A DNA stretch of 62,694 bases, the filler included, from a bacterium (GTDB taxonomy: Bacteria > UBP15 > UBA6099 > JAJRTR01): assembly GCA_024278215.1 (NCBI GenBank). It is 6 parts of 6 records of this genome, joined end to end, with 100 filler letters (N's around TTAATTAATTAA, not from the genome) between each part and the next. Parts side by side here need not be neighbours in the genome. Positions count along the whole stretch, not along the records: positions 45,145 to 52,281 come from JAJRTR010000042.1; positions 52,382 to 62,694 come from JAJRTR010000044.1; 4 more parts are not named here. One strand, given 5' to 3'. Positions 48,149 to 56,683 of this stretch are shown piece after piece; positions within the stretch are counted from its first letter, which is position 1, and each line of letters opens with the position of its first letter. The position numbers and the translations under genes were made by a program. Below the pieces are notes generated by a model that ran no database searches, was not told the DNA's origin, and saw nothing but the letters and a program-made list of their open reading frames with translations.

Positions 48149-49396
48149 TCAATGTACTTTGTCGAGGTCGATGCCTTTTGTTTCCGGAAGGAATTTCAGG
48201 ACGATAAAAGCGGCGATAAAAGGCCCGATTGCAAGAACACAGACAGCGTTGCCGAGGCTGCCTGTAATGCCGACGATGGAGCCTACTATCGCGGGCGCGA
48301 TGGCCTGCGCGGGCCGTCCCATGAGGTAGTTGCACCATGCCGAAGCGTCCGAACGCATCTCGGTGGGAAACAGTTCAGCGTTGTATGTGCTGTTGATGGG
48401 AAGTATCGCGAAAAGAAAAAACATGACGGCGACAAGAGACGGGATCATGTATGGCGGATGCGCCGTGTATGCCCACAGAAGCGTTATCGCGCTGCCGAGA
48501 AAGAATACAAAACCTGTCACGCGGCGTCCGAGTCTGTCCATCATGATGCCGCTGACAAGATAGCCCATCATGCCCAGCAGCAGCGCGGGTGCCATTTTCG
48601 GACCGATCGCCTGCGTGCTGAACCCGCGTTCCTGTGCCGCGAAATATGGCCATTCGTAGACGACGCCCGCATACGCGAGATAACCCAGAAACCAGAGCGA
48701 ACCGACGAGGACGACGTTTTTCCAGTAGGGTGTAGTCCATATATGAAACAGTGATTTCCTGACTTTCAGCACCGAGCCGCGGATGTTCTCGAAGTGCCTT
48801 GTTTCCTTTATAAAAAAGTACATCACCGGCACGAGCAGGAGGGGCGCACCGCCAAGCCAGTACATGCCGCGCCAGCCCAGAGAGGAGTCAAGGACAAACC
48901 TGCTCGCCACGGCCGCGCCCACGCCGCCCAGCGCGCCGGTCACCTCGAGTATCGCCACACATGTGCCGCGTATATGCGATGGAAACTCTTCTGTCACCAT
49001 TACTATAGCGATCCCGAATTCAGTCGCGAGGAATATCTTCGCGATAAACTGGAAAAAAACATAATAGTAGATTCCCGGCGCTATTGCGGTCGCTATGGCA
49101 AGCGCCGAATAGCCAGCGACACCTATCAGCAGTATGGGTTTGCGCCCGATTCTGTCGCCGAAACGCACCACGAAAAAACCTAGTATCGCGCCGATGTTTA
49201 TCAGGGCCACGGTGAATTGCACAGCCTGCTCGCCCACATTAAATGTTTCTTTCAGGTCGCTCAGGATGAGGCTGACGACAAAGAAGTCGTAACCTTCGCA
49301 GAATGTCGCAATGCAGAAAAGTATCATGACGCCGTATAGATATGGCGTCATTCTTTCCTTCTCTAATGAACCTGAAGATGTGTTCGAATTGTGCAT
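48149..49396 (-). CDS. MFS transporter
   Basis: EGYD, GDRIGRK, EEFP..IRG, DRLGRR, AELFPTEMR, LPETKG. Confidence 0.93.
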   Translation of the reverse strand: MHNSNTSSGSLEKERMTPYLYGVMILFCIATFCEGYDFFVVSLILSDLKETFNVGEQAVQFTVALINIGAILGFFVVRFGDRIGRKPILLIGVAGYSALAIATAIAPGIYYYVFFQFIAKIFLATEFGIAIVMVTEEFPSHIRGTCVAILEVTGALGGVGAAVASRFVLDSSLGWRGMYWLGGAPLLLVPVMYFFIKETRHFENIRGSVLKVRKSLFHIWTTPYWKNVVLVGSLWFLGYLAYAGVVYEWPYFAAQERGFSTQAIGPKMAPALLLGMMGYLVSGIMMDRLGRRVTGFVFFLGSAITLLWAYTAHPPYMIPSLVAVMFFLFAILPINSTYNAELFPTEMRSDASAWCNYLMGRPAQAIAPAIVGSIVGITGSLGNAVCVLAIGPFIAAFIVLKFLPETKGIDLDKVH

Positions 49397-49529
49397 CGTT
49401 GTTTTGTTGTTAAAATTCTCTTTTTGATTTCAGATGTTGGATTGTAACACAAATCCGCAGATTGTATCCAGTGATAGCGGTTCAGATGTTCTATCGTTGC
49501 GGGCCGGAGTCCGGTAAGGACAATAAATA

Positions 49530-51725
49530 TCAGAATGCGCCGGCCATGAAGACGGAAAGAAGCAGTCCGGCGGCGATCATAACAAACGCGAGTATCTTTT
49601 TCAGCGTATAAACATAACAATTATGCGTTTGACCGCCTGTTTGAATGTTCAGGACCTCGATGTAGGGTACGGGCGCGCGGCGGTACCAGCCGGTGATTGT
49701 CGCTTTCCGGCCTATAAAACGGTCGGTGCGGAACAGCCCGTAGAACAACTCGATTACTCTGAGCGGCTGTCGGTAATCCACAAACATATAACCGGTGTTG
49801 TCGCGCAGAACGACATCTTCGGAATAGATCAGGCCCGGAATGCCGCGCCCTATGATTTCGCCTGTCAGCGTCACGGGTACAGGCCGGTAATTGCTGACTT
49901 TTATCTTTCGCAGGAGCGCCCCGACCGTCACCGGCAGGAATTCCTGCGCCCGGTACGCGATCATAACATTTATGAGGTAGCCCGCCCCGAGGCCGAGCAG
50001 AGCCGGGCCGGGGATTGCGGACGGCCCTGCTGCATAACCGAATAAGGCACCGGCAACCGCACCGAGCAGCGGCGCAAACATCACAAGCAGATCGACAAAA
50101 AACTCGTCCCAGTAGCTTTCCGGTCTCTCGAGATTTAACTTCAGCACAGGTTCCTGTCGATAGGCCTCCGCCTGTCTGCCCAGCGCCTGTATGCGTTTGG
50201 CGGGCAGCGGATGGGTCGAGTTCAGTTCGTAGTAGAGCGCCCAGGGGTTCCACAGGTCCCACTGCATCGCGTCCACGGCATTGTCCAGGTCCAGAGTGCT
50301 GCCCCGCAGGCTGGATGTCATAAGTCCCTGTGCCGCTGTCGGGTCGAAAACGCCGAAAGCACGCATCGAGTTTATCGCCGGGTTGCGTTCGCCGGGCTTC
50401 CCGCCTTTGTTGCCGGTTCTGTCGGGTTCCCTGCCCGCTAGGCCATAAGCGACTTTCACCAGCGCGGTGGCCAGTGTATTGGGGGAGCCGGTGGCTTCGC
50501 CCCCGAAGCGGTCTGCGTAATATTCACGCACCCTCGACAGGTACAGCACGACATACTGGCTGACGACGTAAAGCACGTACGAGGCAATCCCCACCAGCAT
50601 TATCTGGCCCTTGCCTTTGCCGCCGCCGCCGCGCCCGCGTGTGCCTGTCATGATAACGCGGTATATGTAATAAAAAATCACAGGTACCATACCGGCGAGT
50701 GTCATAAAGAGAATGTCCCAGTGTTTCGCGTGTCCGAGTTCATGCGCGACGACTGCCTCGACCTCGTCCTCGTTCAGGATATCGAGCAGTCCCTGTGTGA
50801 TAACGACGCGGGCGTTGCCGGGAGTGTGGCCATAAGTGAACGCGTTCGGTGTGCCGTCACGGATGATGCCCATGCGGGGGAACGGCATGTCGTTGCCGTT
50901 GCATGTGATCTCGATGAAACGCCGCAGGTGCGCGGGCAGCCGGTCCGGTGTGACCCAGGTCAGCGACTGAAGCAGGCGCAGCGTCAGGTCCATAATAAAA
51001 GGCGACAGCAGGTATTGCAGTAAGATCACGGCGATAGCGAGCACAAAGGCGAGATGGATGTTTGCGCCGAGAAGTGTGGTCGCTATCACGAAAATGGCGA
51101 ACACCATTGCATACAGCAGCGCGAGTACAGTCATCGAACTCATGGTGAGATTGGGCAGCGCGGAGAGCGAGCCGCGCGCGGCTATTGCCGTCGCCGCGGC
51201 AACCGGCGTCGAGGACGGCATCATTTCGTGCAATTGTGCACCTATTGGTTTCCGACCCGATTTCCGACCGCCGGGAGTTTTCTGCTGCGATTGTTGCGGC
51301 ACCGTCGCCGCCGGCTGCCTCTGCCGCACAGCCTGCCTCATCCGGCTGCCCGCCCGCGCCTGATCTTCGAGTATGTCGCGGTATGGGTCGAGGTTGGAGC
51401 CCAGAGCCCTGTTAAGCCGGTCGAGTTCGTCGCGGTCGAACCATATTCCGCCGCATTCCGGGCACATGTCGAGTATCGGACCATTGTCTACAAGCCGCCC
51501 GTTGTCCATTTCCGCCTGTCCGCATCTCGGGCAGGGCGGGCTCGTCGCCACTTTGCCCGTAAGTCCCTTCTTCAACATCTCGCTTATCCGCCTGGTGCCA
51601 TCCACGAAAAAGAATATCTCGCCTCCGTCCAGCCACACACCATGGCCGTTCGGGCAAATATCCACGACAACACCCTTGCGGGTCAACACTTCTGCCAGTT
51701 CGGCACTGCATCTCGGACAATTCAT
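49530..51725 (-). CDS. HtpX/M48 membrane metalloprotease with two N-terminal zf-TFIIB-like zinc ribbons
   Basis: CPRC...GVWLDGGE and CPRC...CPECGGIWFD; PNAFTYG, HELGH, SRVREYYAD, STHP. Confidence 0.9.
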   Translation of the reverse strand: MNCPRCSAELAEVLTRKGVVVDICPNGHGVWLDGGEIFFFVDGTRRISEMLKKGLTGKVATSPPCPRCGQAEMDNGRLVDNGPILDMCPECGGIWFDRDELDRLNRALGSNLDPYRDILEDQARAGSRMRQAVRQRQPAATVPQQSQQKTPGGRKSGRKPIGAQLHEMMPSSTPVAAATAIAARGSLSALPNLTMSSMTVLALLYAMVFAIFVIATTLLGANIHLAFVLAIAVILLQYLLSPFIMDLTLRLLQSLTWVTPDRLPAHLRRFIEITCNGNDMPFPRMGIIRDGTPNAFTYGHTPGNARVVITQGLLDILNEDEVEAVVAHELGHAKHWDILFMTLAGMVPVIFYYIYRVIMTGTRGRGGGGKGKGQIMLVGIASYVLYVVSQYVVLYLSRVREYYADRFGGEATGSPNTLATALVKVAYGLAGREPDRTGNKGGKPGERNPAINSMRAFGVFDPTAAQGLMTSSLRGSTLDLDNAVDAMQWDLWNPWALYYELNSTHPLPAKRIQALGRQAEAYRQEPVLKLNLERPESYWDEFFVDLLVMFAPLLGAVAGALFGYAAGPSAIPGPALLGLGAGYLINVMIAYRAQEFLPVTVGALLRKIKVSNYRPVPVTLTGEIIGRGIPGLIYSEDVVLRDNTGYMFVDYRQPLRVIELFYGLFRTDRFIGRKATITGWYRRAPVPYIEVLNIQTGGQTHNCYVYTLKKILAFVMIAAGLLLSVFMAGAF

Positions 51726-51823
51726 GGTTCACTCCAGTCGTAAATAGATCACACACTATAGTAGCGGATTTCGATTGTTACGAAAATTGTCTTTAACCCA
51801 TATTTCACCAATGCGGGCTAATA

Positions 51824-51963
51824 ATCGGGAGAATACCGTAATACAAGGCGCGGCAAGTGAGTGGTGAGGGAATAGCCGGCCAGCCGGCCTCTTGCGCAAC
51901 ATGCAGGTATGTGACCGATCCCGAATCGCCGCCGCAACGCAGTAGAATAGGCGTTCTCCCGAT
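51824..51963. repeat. Repeat family B, full 140-bp imperfect hairpin
   Basis: Arms ATCGGGAGAA / TTCTCCCGAT; preceded by a C copy and followed by further palindromes. Confidence 0.88.
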
Positions 51964-52140
51964 ACTCCGGATTTCTTTTTGAGAAATTCGGGCTAAAGGC
52001 AATACCGTTTACTTTAGCAACAATGATGCGCAAAAAAGCCTGTGTTTTCGCGAATATTGATACCCATACCCTTTTAAGTAAACGGTATTCGGGCTAAAAG
52101 TCAAATTTCAGGCATGTTCCCAAAAGGCTCACAATATGTA

Positions 52141-52281
52141 GAGCCAGTTGCAAAATTATGTTCGAAGCGAGGTCGAGCGAAATTGGACTAAAGCAAAGCG
52201 GATGTGCAAAATCCCCGCAGGCGTACTTGTAGAGTACGTCGAGGAAGATTTTGTGCCGACAATGCAGCTGTTGACAATTGC
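52141..52281. repeat. Repeat family A, reverse orientation, truncated at contig end
   Basis: TA-GAGCCAGTTGCAAAATT terminus; near reverse complement of 5914-6054. Confidence 0.93.
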
Positions 52282-52381
52282 NNNNNNNNNNNNNNNNNNN
52301 NNNNNNNNNNNNNNNNNNNNNNNNNTTAATTAATTAANNNNNNNNNNNNNNNNNNNNNNNNNNNNNNNNNNNNNNNNNNNN

Positions 52382-52960
52382 AAAAGCGTCGCCGCCACAC
52401 TGGCCGCAAGAAAAGCAGAATTCGGACAAACCATATTAACAATCATGGAAACAGAAAAAACAGGAGACAAAAAAATGGCCCGATACATTCAGAAAAAAAT
52501 CGACCTGCTCGACACCATACAAACCCTGCAAGCCGACCTGCAAACACTCAACGAAAAACGCCAGTCAACACCCAGACACATCACCTACGCGCAACTGCCC
52601 GAACAATTCCAATTCCAGCAATTCGCCTCAAAAAGAAAACAACTCATCGACACCGTCAAAATGATCGCATACCGCGCCGAAGTCGCCATGGCCTCCGTTC
52701 TGAAACAAGCCATGTCCCGTCCCCACGACGCCCATTCCCTGACACGCGAAATCCTCACCACAGACGCGGACCTGATGCCCGACCACACAAACAACACCCT
52801 CACCGTTCGCCTCCATCATCTCACAAATCACTCCACAGACAACGTATTGCTCACCCTGATCGAAACTCTCAACGAATCACAGACCCGTTATCCCAACGCA
52901 AACCTTCACCTCGTCTGCGAACTGGTGTCAAGCTCTTTTCCTCCAGGTCAGGAGTCCTGA
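52382..52960 (+). mobile_element. 3' fragment of a putative transposase
   Basis: Frame open from the gap. DTVKMIAYRAE, LTVRLH, LNESQTRYP and terminal GQES resemble a family of large putative transposases as I recall it. Strong C/A skew; lies at a contig end. Confidence 0.75.
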
Positions 52961-53038
52961 ATTTTAGTATTTTGGTAAATTCTCCCAATGAACGTCCAAA
53001 ACGAATAAAATAGAAACGTATTCTCAACTACTGTATAG

Positions 53039-53905
53039 ATGACAAATGGTGAACAAATGGATAAGGGAAATTATACACCTGCGGAGAGCAGGTTCAGGAT
53101 ATGGATGTATATCAGCGCATGGATGTTTGCCGGCGCGGGTCTGTTTTTTCTTTTCGGCGGCGACCTTATTGTCAACTTTTTAAACGTTGTCACCGAAAAA
53201 TACCTGACATGGTTCGCGCCGTACCCGCTTCCCGCGGACGGAAACGAGGGCGCGTTCTGGCTTGTGCTGTCCCTTTCAATGATGGCGATGATCACATGGA
53301 TATGCAGAGCCGCCTACCTGGACATCAGGCGTAACGGCCGCCTAGTGCATGTTCTGCTGCTTTCGAAATTCTGCTCATCTCTTTTTTACCTGATATTCTT
53401 TATCAAGACTCATCAACTCGCGTATCTTATAGGCATCTCGACAGACTTTCCTATTTTTCTCGTTACATTTGCTTTGTGGATACCGGCTTCTGTGGGAAGC
53501 GGCCCTATAGATGAAACAGAAGAGGACATTCTAGCCGCTTTCGGAGAAGCTATGCTGCCGGCCGATGTAGGTTTTGAAATTGGATACGCGGATTGCAGCA
53601 AAGAATGTATAGAAGATGCTCGCAGATTATTTTCCGAACAGGACCCAATGGCCCGCTTTGCCTCAAGGTTGATGATCCGTACCGTGGACCTGTTTCCATT
53701 CCTTGTTTCATTTCGTTTCACGACGCTTAGGCGGCTCCCGCTCGTGGAAAGAACCGCAATAATCGAGAGAGCCGCACATCACCGCAGGTCCAACATCAGG
53801 CTGGTGCAGGAGGCTGTGAAACTATTTGTCCTGTTCCCGTTCTTTAATCAGTCTCAAGTACGTAAGCAGATGGGGCAGGCGCCGGAAGCCGGGGAGGAAG
53901 CATGA
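53039..53905 (+). CDS. Membrane protein with C-terminal domain resembling GMC-partner (gluconate 2-dehydrogenase subunit 3-like) proteins
   Basis: About four TM segments followed by a helical domain; ATGA overlap with the GMC gene. Confidence 0.65.
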   Translation: MTNGEQMDKGNYTPAESRFRIWMYISAWMFAGAGLFFLFGGDLIVNFLNVVTEKYLTWFAPYPLPADGNEGAFWLVLSLSMMAMITWICRAAYLDIRRNGRLVHVLLLSKFCSSLFYLIFFIKTHQLAYLIGISTDFPIFLVTFALWIPASVGSGPIDETEEDILAAFGEAMLPADVGFEIGYADCSKECIEDARRLFSEQDPMARFASRLMIRTVDLFPFLVSFRFTTLRRLPLVERTAIIERAAHHRRSNIRLVQEAVKLFVLFPFFNQSQVRKQMGQAPEAGEEA

Positions 53906-55356
53906 GTGCGACGAAATATGATTGCGAAGTTGTTGTAGTCGGTACAGGAGCCGGGGGCGCTGTCGCAGGCGCGATACTCGCGGAATCGGGCAGAGACACG
54001 ATCATTGTCGAAGAAGGAAAATTCTACAAATCGGAAGACCACGGTCGCACTGATGTTTTCACATCGTTTTCGCGAATGTACGTCAGCGGTGGTTCGACAA
54101 TAGTGATAGGCTTACCGCCCATATCGATAACACTTGGAACAGCGGTAGGCGGCACGACAGCGATCAACTCATCCACATGTTTCAGGCCGCCACGCGAAAA
54201 AGTTGAAGCATGGGGCGGCCCCGCCTGGAAAGAACTCGAACCATATTTCGAGCGTGTCGAAAAACGAATAAACGCGCATTACGTGGATATTGACTTGCTC
54301 GGCGGCAACTGGAGAGTACTCAAGCGTGGCTGCGACTCGCTCGGCATCGAGATAAAACCGCTGATGCACAATGTTAAAGACTGCAAAGCTCGCGGGCGAT
54401 GCCAGTTCGGATGTCCCGAGGGCGCGAAGCAGAGCACCGACATAAGTTTCATACCCGGCGCACTGGATGCCGGCGCCCGGCTCCTGACTGAACATCATGT
54501 AAAGAAGCTTATAGTGAACAAAGGCCGTGTCGCCGGTGTGTCCGGTGTATCGGCGGATGGTCCGTTCGAGATCAGGGCGAAAAAAACGATCATTTCGATG
54601 GGTGCGCTTCGCACGCCGGTTTTTTTGATCGAAAACAAAATCGCAAACTCGTCGCGACGTGCTGGAAAAGGCCTGCAAATTCATCCCGCAACAAGGGTTA
54701 TCGCCGAATTCGACGAGATTGTTGACGGGCACATCGGATTGCCCCAGGGTGCTTTCATCGACAAATGGACGGACAGGGGAGTGATGCTCGAGGGTATATT
54801 TCTGCCACCCGGCATACTCTTCACGTCAGTCTCGCATGTCGGAGCTGCGCTTAAAAAGCTTGCCGCGAATTACAGGCATCTGTCCGCATTCGGCGTTATG
54901 GTCAACGACACTGCGACCGGCACAGTTCGTCCCGGTCATTTCGGTTCGCCTTTCCTTGCACAATACCAGTTGAACAAAGCCGATGCGGAGAATCTGCGTT
55001 TCGGTATTGCTCGTATAGTTGAAATCTATCTTGCCGCGGGCGCGAAACGTATTTTCACCGGATACCACCCGGGTGCCGTCATTGAGAACGAAGCCGACCT
55101 TAGAAAAATGGAAAACGCTAAATTGAAAGTCACCGATCTTGAAGTGGCGGCGTTCCACCCGCTGGGCACATGCGCAATGGGCGGCTACAAAAAGAATTCC
55201 GTTGTCGATTATTCGTTAAAAACACACGATATTGACGACCTCTATATAATGGACGGCTCCGTCGTGCCGGGTTCGCTTGGCGTGAATCCACAGGTTACGA
55301 TAATGGGGCTCGCGATGCGCGCGGCGGAAAAACTTGTGGATGATATGGGGAAATGA
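53902..55356 (+). CDS. GMC family FAD oxidoreductase
   Basis: GTGAGG, VGGTTAINS, C...CQFGCP, HPLGT, DGS, GVNPQVTI. Confidence 0.93.
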   Translation: MSATKYDCEVVVVGTGAGGAVAGAILAESGRDTIIVEEGKFYKSEDHGRTDVFTSFSRMYVSGGSTIVIGLPPISITLGTAVGGTTAINSSTCFRPPREKVEAWGGPAWKELEPYFERVEKRINAHYVDIDLLGGNWRVLKRGCDSLGIEIKPLMHNVKDCKARGRCQFGCPEGAKQSTDISFIPGALDAGARLLTEHHVKKLIVNKGRVAGVSGVSADGPFEIRAKKTIISMGALRTPVFLIENKIANSSRRAGKGLQIHPATRVIAEFDEIVDGHIGLPQGAFIDKWTDRGVMLEGIFLPPGILFTSVSHVGAALKKLAANYRHLSAFGVMVNDTATGTVRPGHFGSPFLAQYQLNKADAENLRFGIARIVEIYLAAGAKRIFTGYHPGAVIENEADLRKMENAKLKVTDLEVAAFHPLGTCAMGGYKKNSVVDYSLKTHDIDDLYIMDGSVVPGSLGVNPQVTIMGLAMRAAEKLVDDMGK

Positions 55357-55404
55357 AAATATATTGTAGACATTACGTGAATGGTTTCATTTCATGTTGT
55401 GTTG

Positions 55405-56637
55405 CTATCCCTGCTGATCCTTTCTCTTCGACAGTTCCAGCGCGGTCTTGAGTCCCTTTTCAAATATAATTTTTATTACGAGGCCGAGCTTGTTCATTTT
55501 AAAGAAACGCTCACCGTAGCGGCGTAGTTTGCGAGTGCTGATCTCGATGCCGAGTCCGGGCGTTGTGGGTGGCTGCAACTGTCCGTCACTGTCGGGAATA
55601 ATAGGTTGTTTGAGGATTCCGTCACGGTATTTTGGTATCCACGACGGTTCTTCCAGCGGGTACTCGAGGGGAAGCGTGTTCAGCGGCGAAGCGAGATGCA
55701 ACTGCATGTTAATAAGAAGACCGATGCCGTTTGTCCAGGTGTGGGGTGAGTACTCGAGCCCCTTTTCGTGAGCCGCGTTCATAGTTCTGAGAGCATCCGA
55801 AACACCGCAGAAAGTCGCATCCGGCTGGTAGACATCGAAACTGCCCTTTTCCATCATCACCTTTATTTCGTGCCATCCGTAGTTGAGCTCGGCGCCGGCG
55901 ATTTTCAGTTTTGCTTTTTCGCGAAGTGACGCGAGTCCGTCGTAGTCGTGCCAGTCGAGAGGCTCCTCGAGCCACACAAAACCGCTGTCTGCCGCCGCGG
56001 CTGCGAATTCCGTCGCGCGTTCCAAATCCCACGCGGGTATTTTATCTATTATGTTCACAAGCCAGCCCTGGTTGGCGTCGACACCCATAGCAAGCTTCCC
56101 TTTCACACCCTCACCAACAACCTGTACATGTCTTATGTCGTCTTCAAGCGCAATATTTTTTACACGCAGTTTGGCGGTTTTATATCCGCGCTCGGCGATG
56201 GCCAGCAGTTCGTCCACACGTTGCACGGGGTCGTGCATCTCGCCTGTCGAGCAATAGACTTCGATTGGTCGCGCCGTGCCTCCCAGCAATTCGTAAACAG
56301 GCTTTCCCTTGCTCTTTCCGACGATGTCCCATATAGCTGCTTCGATCCAGTAATTGCGCCAGCCGAGAAAACTCGCGGCCTTGAGCCGTTGCCGGACAGT
56401 GTCGATATCCTCCGGGTCGAGTCCCATGAGATAGCCGCCTATCAAGTCGCCAAGCCCCTCGCGTTCTCTGCCCATCGCCGCGCCGGCGGACCATCCTGAG
56501 ATGCCGCATTTCGTTGTAAGTTTTATAAGTGTGAATGAGTTGTGCGTCTGCGGATAGCCGGGGATCCATGTGGGCCGGAATATTTCCTTTAGTGGTATAT
56601 GTACATGAAAGAGTTCGATTTTCGCTATTTCCATCAT
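55405..56637 (-). CDS. Mandelate racemase / muconate lactonising enzyme family protein
   Basis: WDIVGK..GKPVYELLGG, KLR, VDANQG, WLEEP, GAE, QPD, PHTW. Confidence 0.92.
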   Translation of the reverse strand: MMEIAKIELFHVHIPLKEIFRPTWIPGYPQTHNSFTLIKLTTKCGISGWSAGAAMGREREGLGDLIGGYLMGLDPEDIDTVRQRLKAASFLGWRNYWIEAAIWDIVGKSKGKPVYELLGGTARPIEVYCSTGEMHDPVQRVDELLAIAERGYKTAKLRVKNIALEDDIRHVQVVGEGVKGKLAMGVDANQGWLVNIIDKIPAWDLERATEFAAAAADSGFVWLEEPLDWHDYDGLASLREKAKLKIAGAELNYGWHEIKVMMEKGSFDVYQPDATFCGVSDALRTMNAAHEKGLEYSPHTWTNGIGLLINMQLHLASPLNTLPLEYPLEEPSWIPKYRDGILKQPIIPDSDGQLQPPTTPGLGIEISTRKLRRYGERFFKMNKLGLVIKIIFEKGLKTALELSKRKDQQG

Positions 56638-56683
56638 GAACCTCCGTTCGATTGAACTTCCATATAATATGCTGTACAGCAAC

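Noticed and set aside
47907-48338. 144-aa N-terminal extension of the phosphatase ORF
   Set aside because: It overlaps the MFS gene and AT-rich intergenic DNA; the signal peptide starts at 47906.
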